Assembly (NCBI GenBank): GCA_964510805.1 | Contig: CAZEDG010000005.1 | Coordinates: forward strand, 1-44,979 | Direction of reading: 5' to 3' | Source of the DNA: an uncultured Candidatus Saccharibacteria bacterium | GTDB taxonomy: Bacteria; Patescibacteriota; Minisyncoccia; Phycocordibacterales; UBA5272 | DNA length: 44,979 nt | Shown here: positions 26,973 through 34,714 of the stretch, one piece after another | Layout: every line of letters starts with the position of its first letter | Position numbering within the stretch: position 1 is the stretch's first letter | The notes under the pieces: generated by a model | What the model was told of the DNA's origin: nothing | Database searches by the model: none | What the model saw: only the letters and a program-made list of their open reading frames with translations | Position numbers and translations under genes: made by a program

Positions 26973-27824
26973 ATGGCAACTTCTACCACCCCACTTTCTT
27001 ATATACCTCTTGAAGGAAAATCTTTAAATGCTCTTGGTGTCGAAGCTCCCACATTCGACGGCCAAGCCTCCTTACTTGCAACCTCTACTTTTGTCTATAC
27101 GTTATTCTTTATAGCTATTGTTATGGCTGCGTTTTATAGGTATGTCCATGCTGGAACATTACGTATTCAAGCTTCAGAGAGTGGTATACGACAATCTAAT
27201 GAGATTATACGTAAAGTAACACTTGGTCTTATTGGTGTCTTTATGTTGTTTATTCTTTTGTTTACAGTGAATAGGAATTTAGTGACAGGGGATGTGGGGT
27301 TCGGGGGGTTGAGTGGAACAAGTACGAGAATAGCAACGGGAGCACAAGGAAATCAACCGCAACAATCACAACCGTCACCTGCCCAAAGCGGAAGTAAGAA
27401 CTACCAAGAGAGACTTAAGAGTCATAATCAAACAGTCTCTAGACTTAGCCCTTCAGGGATTACAACAAATCATAACAATGCACCATGTACTGAGGACCAA
27501 TTCAATCAAAAATATCCAACTTGTACCAGTCTTGCATTTATGAGAGAAGAAAGTATACAGACGATTTTTAGAGTTAGTGGTGATTGTCATTGTAAACTTA
27601 TTATTACCAGTGGAACAGAACCAGGTCATGATAGTCACGGGGAGAACCTTCGCCCTTTTGATCTTCAAAAAAACGCTGAGCTTGATACTTTTTTGAAAGG
27701 AGTAAGTGGTTCAGTTACATCAAATAAGGATTGTGATGCTGTTTATAGATATAATGGTTTTAGTTTTTGTGACGAAAAGAGGAGACCTAATCCAACTTGG
27801 GCTCCACACTATCATGTGTACTAG
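26973..27824 (+). CDS. VirB2-type pilin module fused to a Zn-peptidase-like (M15/LAS, Hedgehog/DD-peptidase fold) cargo
   Basis: Two hydrophobic helices separated by a QASESGIRQSNEIIRK loop, then an S/Q linker. Cargo ITSGTEPGHDSHGENLRPFD...HYHV has six Cys. Confidence 0.7.
   Translation: MATSTTPLSYIPLEGKSLNALGVEAPTFDGQASLLATSTFVYTLFFIAIVMAAFYRYVHAGTLRIQASESGIRQSNEIIRKVTLGLIGVFMLFILLFTVNRNLVTGDVGFGGLSGTSTRIATGAQGNQPQQSQPSPAQSGSKNYQERLKSHNQTVSRLSPSGITTNHNNAPCTEDQFNQKYPTCTSLAFMREESIQTIFRVSGDCHCKLIITSGTEPGHDSHGENLRPFDLQKNAELDTFLKGVSGSVTSNKDCDAVYRYNGFSFCDEKRRPNPTWAPHYHVY
27048..27316 (+). repeat. 269-bp direct repeat copy 1 (pilin module)
   Basis: Matches 29239-29507 with 5 mismatches, 4 of them synonymous. 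Confidence 0.97.
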
Positions 27825-27875
27825 TGGTGTATTACCTACACACATTTATATTAGGTTCTTGCTATACTAAGCTCC

Positions 27876-29174
27876 ATGGACAATACCACCCGTAAACGTC
27901 TGGCAATCGCAGTACTTGTTGTACTCTTTTTTGTTGTCATTATTTTGGTGTGGTACTTTTTTTATGCGAAACCTACTGAAAGCCCTATAACAAAAAAAGG
28001 TGGCCCTTATTTTGGTCAACAAGGAAGACGTCCTGGGGACACCTTCATCCTCTCCCATGCAACATCTTCTTCTGTTACCTTCGTAAGTGATCCGCTTAAG
28101 GATCCTCTTGTTCAAATTTGGGACAAACCAGCAACAGGGGAAACCTATGTTGTACAAAATATCATGAAAGATGTCATGGAAAAGATTGATAATGGTTCTT
28201 CGACAGTAGAAGTAAAGAAAAGCGTCAAAGCAACCTCTACTATCGTTATGTTTGTTGACAGAGAAACAGGGTATATTTATGGGTACCCAATAGAGACTGG
28301 TAAGATTTTCCAGATTAGTAATACCCTTATTCCAGGAATCCATGACGCGTACATCTTTGGTGACGGCACACGTGTTCTTATGCGTTACATCGACCAACAA
28401 AAAAATACTGTTGTTGGTGTTATAGCTACCATTCCTCATGTTCCACAGATAGAGACACCTCTTCCTCTTACTCATATTGAGTATCTCAATTCAAAAGTAG
28501 TTTCTGTTGCAATAAGCCAAGATAAAGAAGAAGTCTCTTATGTAGTAGCAACTGATAATGGTTCTTCTATTTATACTCTTGATAAGGAGCGAGACCCTGT
28601 TCTTGTTGCTTCTTCTCCTTTTAAGGAATGGGACTTAAGTTACGGCGGAAAATCTCTCTACGTGACCACAAAACCTTCTGCATACATCGAAGGTATGACA
28701 TTCAGTCTTCCTCTTTTCCAGTCAGAAATAGTAAAGAAAACAGGTCTTATGACACTTCCTGATGAATCTGGAAATCTTTTTGCAAGTATGTGGGGTAAAC
28801 AAGGTTTGGTAACATTTTTGTATAACAATGGAGCTACTAAAGTGTTTTCTGTACAAACACTTACCAAGAAGTGCGCTTATGGAAGTGAATCACTTCTTGT
28901 CTGTGGTGTTCCACGTACAATCCCTAGAGGAAGTGAAGGTCTTCCTGATGATTGGTTCCAAGGAGCTATTACTTTCCAAGACGACCTCTCAGTAATTAAT
29001 AAGAATGAAGGGATTGCATACCCTCTCTATTCTTTTGATAGTACCAAGGAAGGGGACTTCGATGTATATGGGATTGCTGTTTCAGAAAAAAATGATTTGT
29101 ACACTTTTCTAAGAAGACAAGATGAGACTTTATGGCTTCTTAACACAAACCTGATTGTAGAAGAGCATGACTAG
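27876..29174 (+). CDS. Membrane-anchored beta-rich (propeller-like) protein
   Basis: N-terminal TM helix, short beta-strand repeats and a KCAY...LVCGVP Cys pair. TGCTATACT 7 nt upstream. Confidence 0.7.
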   Translation: MDNTTRKRLAIAVLVVLFFVVIILVWYFFYAKPTESPITKKGGPYFGQQGRRPGDTFILSHATSSSVTFVSDPLKDPLVQIWDKPATGETYVVQNIMKDVMEKIDNGSSTVEVKKSVKATSTIVMFVDRETGYIYGYPIETGKIFQISNTLIPGIHDAYIFGDGTRVLMRYIDQQKNTVVGVIATIPHVPQIETPLPLTHIEYLNSKVVSVAISQDKEEVSYVVATDNGSSIYTLDKERDPVLVASSPFKEWDLSYGGKSLYVTTKPSAYIEGMTFSLPLFQSEIVKKTGLMTLPDESGNLFASMWGKQGLVTFLYNNGATKVFSVQTLTKKCAYGSESLLVCGVPRTIPRGSEGLPDDWFQGAITFQDDLSVINKNEGIAYPLYSFDSTKEGDFDVYGIAVSEKNDLYTFLRRQDETLWLLNTNLIVEEHD

Positions 29175-30159
29175 TACCAGCCAAATTACCTATAAAGCGC
29201 TCGAAGGAGATTCTCTTAATGCGGTTGGGGTAAAGATGCCCACATTCGACGGCCAAGCCTCCTTACTTGCAACATCTACTTTTGTCTATACGTTATTCTT
29301 CATTGCTATTGTTATGGCTGCGTTTTATAGGTATGTCTATGCTGGAACATTACGTATTCAAGCTTCAGAGAGTGGTATACGACAATCTAATGAGATTATA
29401 CGTAAAGTAACACTTGGTCTTATTGGTGTCTTTATGTTGTTTATTCTTTTGTTTACAGTGAATAGGAATTTAGTGACAGGGGATGTGGGGTTTGGGGGGT
29501 TGAGTGGTAGCGGTGGTAGTAATGGATCAAAAATATCTACAACACAAACAGCATCCTCTCAAGGAACATCCAATACGCAAGGAAAAACTTGTGAATCTCC
29601 AGGTGCTGTTATTTCAAGAATGAGCTCACAGAATGGTGTCTGTGGTAATACTTCATGTACAAAGTTATCTGGATGTAATTACAAACAATACGAATCTGTA
29701 ATCGCAACCTACACAGGAAATGATACACGACTTAAGAAGATGGCTATTGTAGTACTTTGTATAGAATCAGGAGGTAATCAAAGGGCTTCCAATAATAATC
29801 CTGATGGAACGTATGACTGTGGTCTCATGCAAATTAACCAAAAAGCACCTTGTACAGACTCTTCTTTTAACATTGAATACAATATTCAAAAAGGAGTTGA
29901 TAAGCTACGATATGCTTTATCAAAAAGTTCTCAAGTGTATCCAGGAGTTCCTGTAGAAGCTACAGTATTTTCTTCTTATAATTGTTGCTCTAATGGCACA
30001 ATACCAGGTAGTCCAAGTAATGATTGCACACCGCAAGCAGGGTTCCCTTCTACACTTCCTAAATGGGCATGTCCTATTAATCCAGGTGAAGGGAAATATA
30101 ATATGTGTTCAGTAAAATCCTATGCCTGTGAAGCTTCTGCTTGTTTTAATCAACTCTAG
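29167..30159 (+). CDS. VirB2-type pilin module fused to a Cys-rich lytic transglycosylase (SLT/VirB1-like) cargo
   Basis: Same pilin module as 26973. Cargo motifs CIESGG, YDCGLMQIN and SSYN, with 14 Cys. Confidence 0.82.
   Translation: MTSTSQITYKALEGDSLNAVGVKMPTFDGQASLLATSTFVYTLFFIAIVMAAFYRYVYAGTLRIQASESGIRQSNEIIRKVTLGLIGVFMLFILLFTVNRNLVTGDVGFGGLSGSGGSNGSKISTTQTASSQGTSNTQGKTCESPGAVISRMSSQNGVCGNTSCTKLSGCNYKQYESVIATYTGNDTRLKKMAIVVLCIESGGNQRASNNNPDGTYDCGLMQINQKAPCTDSSFNIEYNIQKGVDKLRYALSKSSQVYPGVPVEATVFSSYNCCSNGTIPGSPSNDCTPQAGFPSTLPKWACPINPGEGKYNMCSVKSYACEASACFNQL
29239..29507 (+). repeat. 269-bp direct repeat copy 2 (pilin module)
   Basis: Offset 2191 bp from copy 1. Identity ends abruptly after GGGGGGTTGAGTGG. 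Confidence 0.97.
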
Positions 30160-30878
30160 AGAGGTTTAAGGTGCGCTAACTTATTCTTAACATAAATATC
30201 AAGTACATAACTCACCGAACTACTTACAAGCCAGTAAAGAGATAAAGCAGAAGGAAGCACACTTCCAGATATTGCAACAATAATTGGAATAACATACGTT
30301 ACCTGAATTTTCATCGACTTCATAAAATGATCTTGGAAAGAATCTCCCCCTTTTGAATGATCACTAGAACCCATATATTCTGTTTGTCTTCTTGCAAGTA
30401 AAAATGAAGCAAAGCCAGCAAGCACAGCAATAACAAGATTCTTTTGTGTTACATCAAAAAGACCGAATGCTTTTGTGTGCAACGTTTCTGGAAAAGTAAT
30501 AAAAGAATACAAAGAGTTAGGGTCAGTGTGTAACCCTTTAGAAAAGACGAAATAGAGCGCAAAGAATACAGGAATCTGAAGTATCATTGCAAAAAGCCCA
30601 GACAATGGATTAATCTTTTCACTTCTATAGAGTTCAATCATTTTTTTAGAAGCCTCTTGCGGATCTTTCTTTTGTAACTCTTTTATTTTGTTTAGTTCTG
30701 GCTCAATTTTCTTCATCAAGTACTGTGTACGAAGTGCAGAGACGTTAAAAGGAAGAAGAAGTAACTTTACAATAAGCGTCACAATAATAATTGTCGCTCC
30801 GATATCATGAAGAGGGACAACGGTAAGAGTAAAAGCAATAAGATTGTAAACTGGTTCGTAAAATAAAGTATGGAACAT
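30156..30878 (-). CDS. yidC: Membrane protein insertase YidC/Oxa1
   Basis: IIVTLIVKLLLLP, KIEPELNKIKE, LYRSEKINPLSG, QIPVFFALY, LSLYWLVSS. Canonical position after rnpA. Confidence 0.95.
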   Translation of the reverse strand: MFHTLFYEPVYNLIAFTLTVVPLHDIGATIIIVTLIVKLLLLPFNVSALRTQYLMKKIEPELNKIKELQKKDPQEASKKMIELYRSEKINPLSGLFAMILQIPVFFALYFVFSKGLHTDPNSLYSFITFPETLHTKAFGLFDVTQKNLVIAVLAGFASFLLARRQTEYMGSSDHSKGGDSFQDHFMKSMKIQVTYVIPIIVAISGSVLPSALSLYWLVSSSVSYVLDIYVKNKLAHLKPL

Positions 30879-30880
30879 AA

Positions 30881-31198
30881 TTATCTAAGTGTAGCAAATG
30901 CTTTTTGTAATTCTAAACTAAACTGTGAGTAGGGGGTAGTGAGTGCTTTTTGTTTTGGATAAATCACACAAGAATACGTTGGTGGAATACTAACTGTCTG
31001 TAAAAAAGTATACACTTTTCTTTTTACATAATTTCTATCAACTGCTTTTTTAATTGTTTTTTTGGAAATAACACAAGCGTATTTTTGGTTCGGTAAAGCT
31101 TCTGTATAAGCGATATCGAATAATTCATGACGAAAAAAGACCCGAGGACGTAATCCTTCGAAGTCTTTTTTTGAAAATCGCTTCGTTACAGGAAGCAT
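30881..31198 (-). CDS. rnpA: Ribonuclease P protein component
   Basis: MLPVTKRFSKKDF, VISKKTIKKAVDRNYVKR (RNR-like motif). Synteny with rpmH and yidC. Confidence 0.92.
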   Translation of the reverse strand: MLPVTKRFSKKDFEGLRPRVFFRHELFDIAYTEALPNQKYACVISKKTIKKAVDRNYVKRKVYTFLQTVSIPPTYSCVIYPKQKALTTPYSQFSLELQKAFATLR

Positions 31199-31216
31199 AC
31201 ATCTACTAATCTAAGC

Positions 31217-31351
31217 TTATACACTAAGCTTTTTGCGACCAATACTTCTTCTTCTTGCAAGAGCTTTACGTCCACCTTTAGTAGACATTCTTACTAGGAA
31301 TCCGTGGGTTGTACCTCGCTTCTTTCTTTTTGGATTATATGTAATCGACAT
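31217..31351 (-). CDS. rpmH: 50S ribosomal protein L34 (44 aa; not in ORF track)
   Basis: Translated by hand: [50 protein letters not shown] 6 nt upstream. Confidence 0.96.
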   Translation of the reverse strand: MSITYNPKRKKRGTTHGFLVRMSTKGGRKALARRRSIGRKKLSV

Positions 31352-31483
31352 GGCGCTATTCTACATTAAAACTACGAACAAATCAAGAAAGTATCTTTTT
31401 TGAAATAATAAAGAGAAAATACTTCAAAAAAAACATACGTCAAGTTGAATCTCTACCATTCATGTGTATACTTACTCATACAT

Positions 31484-32821
31484 ATGGACTATCAACAACT
31501 TTGGAACAGTGCTTTATCCCAAATTGAGATAGAACTCTCTCGAGTGAACTTTAACACGTGGTTTAAAAATACGCGCATTATTGATTACAAAGAAGGGGAG
31601 GTTACTATTGGTGTTCCTAATGAATTTGTTAAGGATTGGCTTAATCAAAAGTATCATAAATTCATACTAAGAATACTAAGAACGATTCACGAAGGAGTAC
31701 GTTCTGTAATCTTTACTGTAGTAAAACCAGAAACACTACAAAAGAAAGCTCAACATATCTCAATTGTCGGTCAACCTCTTCCTCTTGGTGATCTTTATAT
31801 TAATAAAGATGATGGCCTTAACTCACGGTACACCTTTGATAACTTTATTGTAGGATCATTTAATGAAGTTGCATACGCTTGTTCTCAAGCGGTAATCAAT
31901 AATCTTGGTATTATCTATAATCCTCTTTTTATTTACGGAAGTACAGGCCTAGGGAAAACTCACCTTCTTCAAGCAATAGGAAATCATATTAAGAAAAAGC
32001 ATCCTGAGAGAAAGATTTTTTATACTTCTCTTGAAAAGTACTACATGGATTATGTAAACGCTACTAATCTCAATAAGATTAACAGCTTCAAAGAGAAGTA
32101 CCGTAAGTTCGATGTGTTTATTATGGATGATATTCAGTTTATTAACGGAAAAGAAAGAACTCAAGATGAACTATTCCATCTTTTTAACTCTCTTTATGAG
32201 ATGAATAAACAAATCATCTTTTCTTCAGATAAACACCCTAACCTTATCCAGGGACTAGAAGACCGACTACGATCACGTTTTAATCATGGAATGATTGTTG
32301 ATGTTAATATTCCATCTATGGAATCACGTCTTGCAATTCTCCAAGTAAAGACAAGGGATTTCCAAGAAAAAATTCCTCAAGAAGTACTTCAATATATCGC
32401 CGAAACAATTCAAGGTAATATCCGTGAACTAGAAGGAGTAATGACTTCAATTCTTGGTCATATTCAAGTAAAACAACAAGCAATTTCTCTTCCTGATGTA
32501 AAAAATCTTCTCAAGAACAGCGTGCGAGCTAAGAAAAGTATTTCTATTCCTGAGATTGTAAAGGTTATTTCTGATTACTATCATATCCCTGATGTATATA
32601 TTTACAACAAAACAAGAAGAAAAGATGTAGTAAAACCTCGTCAGATAGTTATGTTTATTCTTCGTGAAGATTTCGACATCTCATACCCTATGATAGGTGA
32701 TAGATTAGGAGGAAGAGATCATACTACAGTAATTCATTCTTACGAAAAAATTAAAGGTCTTCTAAAAGATAACCCTCAACTCTCTCGAGAAATAGAAGAT
32801 ATTCGTGCGATGCTTGTGTAG
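31484..32821 (+). CDS. dnaA: Chromosomal replication initiator DnaA
   Basis: NFNTWF, YTFDNFIVGSFN, YNPLFIYGSTGLGKTHLL, DDIQF, GNIRELEG, GGRDHTTVIHS. ATG 31484 preferred; TTGAAT-16-TATACT upstream. Confidence 0.98.
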   Translation: MDYQQLWNSALSQIEIELSRVNFNTWFKNTRIIDYKEGEVTIGVPNEFVKDWLNQKYHKFILRILRTIHEGVRSVIFTVVKPETLQKKAQHISIVGQPLPLGDLYINKDDGLNSRYTFDNFIVGSFNEVAYACSQAVINNLGIIYNPLFIYGSTGLGKTHLLQAIGNHIKKKHPERKIFYTSLEKYYMDYVNATNLNKINSFKEKYRKFDVFIMDDIQFINGKERTQDELFHLFNSLYEMNKQIIFSSDKHPNLIQGLEDRLRSRFNHGMIVDVNIPSMESRLAILQVKTRDFQEKIPQEVLQYIAETIQGNIRELEGVMTSILGHIQVKQQAISLPDVKNLLKNSVRAKKSISIPEIVKVISDYYHIPDVYIYNKTRRKDVVKPRQIVMFILREDFDISYPMIGDRLGGRDHTTVIHSYEKIKGLLKDNPQLSREIEDIRAMLV

Positions 32822-32826
32822 AGAGA

Positions 32827-32999
32827 CTAGATGTTAGATATTAGACTTTAGAGATTAGAAAATACAAGAGTGAAGCCTTCGGCCTCACTCTTGTATTTTT
32901 GTATCTACTATTAACCATTAACTATTAACTTATTTATACTTCTCTAACATCTAGTTTCTCATTTTCATTCTTCATTCCTCACTCTTTTCCTAACATCTA
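32827..32999. repeat. Intergenic mosaic element, copy A7 (palindrome 32859-32899)
   Basis: TAGATGT TAGATAT TAGACTT TAGAGAT TAGAAAA heptamers, then AAAATACAAGAGTGAAGCC-TTC-GGCCTCACTCTTGTATTTT. 12-bp inverted ends at 32827-38 and 32943-54. Confidence 0.9.
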
Positions 33000-33004
33000 T
33001 CATC

Positions 33005-33230
33005 TGTGTATAACTCTGTGGATATGTTAATAATAAGAAAAGAATAACTTCATAGTTATCCTTTTGATAGGTATACAATTCTCTTTCTTACCCACAACCG
33101 AGGTTTCTTTTCCTACATATGAGCTCTTAGTAAGTTCCTTATAAAACTATTGAAAATAAAAGATTTTTAAGAATTTCCACATCATCCACAGACCTATACT
33201 TAGTATTATATTTTATATATACTAAGAACT
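33005..33230. other. Probable oriC (dnaA-dnaN intergenic)
   Basis: DnaA-box matches TGTGTATAA 33005, TGTGGATAT 33017, TTACCCACA 33088, ATTTCCACA 33173 and TCATCCACA 33182, followed by an AT-rich tract. Confidence 0.75.
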
Positions 33231-34322
33231 ATGAAATTCGAATGCAAAGGTGATACATTTATAAAAGCGGTACAGCAAGTAGCAAAGGCTCGTAGTAAAG
33301 TGCAGTCTAAGAATGCCTTACAAGATATCCATCTTGAGATAACAAACCATCTTCTTACACTTCGTGCAACGAACTTAGAACTTTTTTGTGAAAAGAGTAT
33401 TTCAGTAAAAGGTGTTGTTAACGGAGCTTGTCTTATTCAAGGAGAAACACTGCTTCGTATCCTTGCGACATTTAGTTCCAAAGATATCACACTTAACTGT
33501 GAGTTAATTGAAGGAGTCTTTGCGATTACTACTGATAAAGGTACTATAGAAATCAAAACAACTCCATATGAGGATTTTCCAACACTACCACCACAAGGAG
33601 ATCAGATAGGGATGGTTAATAAGAATATAATAAGTACTCTCCTTAAAGAGGTTTCATTCTGTTCTGCAAAGAGTGATATAAAGCCAGAAATTGCCTCTGT
33701 ATACCTCTATACTAAAGATTCTTATATTTACTCCGTTGCAACTGATTCTTATCGTCTTGCCGAAAAATCTGTACGTAACGAGAATGATTTAGAGTTCTCA
33801 TTTCTTGTTCCAGAAAAACATATCCCAGAGATATTACAGATCATCGGTGAAGAGGAAGGTGATATTCTTCTTACTAAGAGTGAAAATATCGTTTCTCTTA
33901 CAGGGGAAACTTTTACGTTATCAATTCATACAATTACTGGATATTTTCCTGATTACAGACAACTTTTTCCAAAAGAATTTATTACACATATAACCCTTCA
34001 TAAAGATGATCTTCAGAAGGCGCTTACTTTAACCACGTTATTTAACGATCAGTATTCTCAAGTTGAATGTATTTTTGCTTCGGATAAGTGTACATTCCAT
34101 AGTCGTAGTGAAAAAGTTGGACAAGTAACTCACTCTATTGATATTACTAAAGAGGGTGATGATGTAGAAGCAAAATACAATAATAGATTCTTCCTTGAAG
34201 TACTTCCTTATATCGAAGGTAATGAAATTACTTGTAAGTTTTCTACTCCTAATAGACCTGTTTTTATTCAAGGAAAGAAAGATATTACGTTTACGTACCT
34301 CCTTATGCCTCTTAATAGGTAA
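33231..34322 (+). CDS. dnaN: DNA polymerase III beta sliding clamp
   Basis: LRATNLEL, EDFPTLP, VATDSYRLAE, GYFPDYRQLFP, YLLMPL. Follows dnaA. Confidence 0.96.
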   Translation: MKFECKGDTFIKAVQQVAKARSKVQSKNALQDIHLEITNHLLTLRATNLELFCEKSISVKGVVNGACLIQGETLLRILATFSSKDITLNCELIEGVFAITTDKGTIEIKTTPYEDFPTLPPQGDQIGMVNKNIISTLLKEVSFCSAKSDIKPEIASVYLYTKDSYIYSVATDSYRLAEKSVRNENDLEFSFLVPEKHIPEILQIIGEEEGDILLTKSENIVSLTGETFTLSIHTITGYFPDYRQLFPKEFITHITLHKDDLQKALTLTTLFNDQYSQVECIFASDKCTFHSRSEKVGQVTHSIDITKEGDDVEAKYNNRFFLEVLPYIEGNEITCKFSTPNRPVFIQGKKDITFTYLLMPLNR

Positions 34323-34325
34323 ATC

Positions 34326-34556
34326 ATGGATCCTAAACTTTTTAGTCGTCATATTACTCATCTTAAAAATGTTCAAGATGAAAAGAATATTCTTATAGAA
34401 AAGATATACAAAGAAACAAATGTTCTTCTTGATGATAAAGAAATACTCCTTTCTAAAAAAGAAATTTCTTTAAGAGTAAGCTCGGTAAAGAGAATGATAC
34501 TTAATTCTAAAAAACTAGGAGACATCATGAAGAAAGAGGGGTATGTACTTAAGTAG
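34326..34556 (+). CDS. Small basic hypothetical protein (DciA/DUF721-like candidate)
   Basis: 76 aa, 3 nt after the dnaN stop. Helix-strand-strand-helix-like pattern. The family call is weak. Confidence 0.55.
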   Translation: MDPKLFSRHITHLKNVQDEKNILIEKIYKETNVLLDDKEILLSKKEISLRVSSVKRMILNSKKLGDIMKKEGYVLK

Positions 34557-34712
34557 AAAGAAGAGTGAAGAGTGAGGAATGAAGTTGAAATACAGAAATA
34601 CAAGAGCGAGGCCGAAGGCCTCGCTCTTGTGTTCGGTATTAACCATTAACTATTAACTATAAACTATTAACCTGTATTTACTCCTCATTCTTCACACTTC
34701 TCTCTTCATTCT
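34557..34712. repeat. Intergenic mosaic element, copy A8 (palindrome 34600-34630)
   Basis: ACAAGAGCGAGGCC-GAA-GGCCTCGCTCTTGT. GAGTGAA/GAATGAA heptamers on the left, TTAACYA and CTCATTC heptamers on the right. Lies between convergent genes. Confidence 0.9.
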
Positions 34713-34714
34713 GA

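Noticed and set aside
27048-29507. 269-bp repeat as a DGR template/variable pair
   Set aside because: The five mismatches are not adenine-specific and are mostly synonymous, and there is no reverse transcriptase in the window.
16344-30159. Cluster as an ICE or prophage
   Set aside because: No integrase, relaxase, att-like ends or phage structural genes are visible. Composition matches the core.
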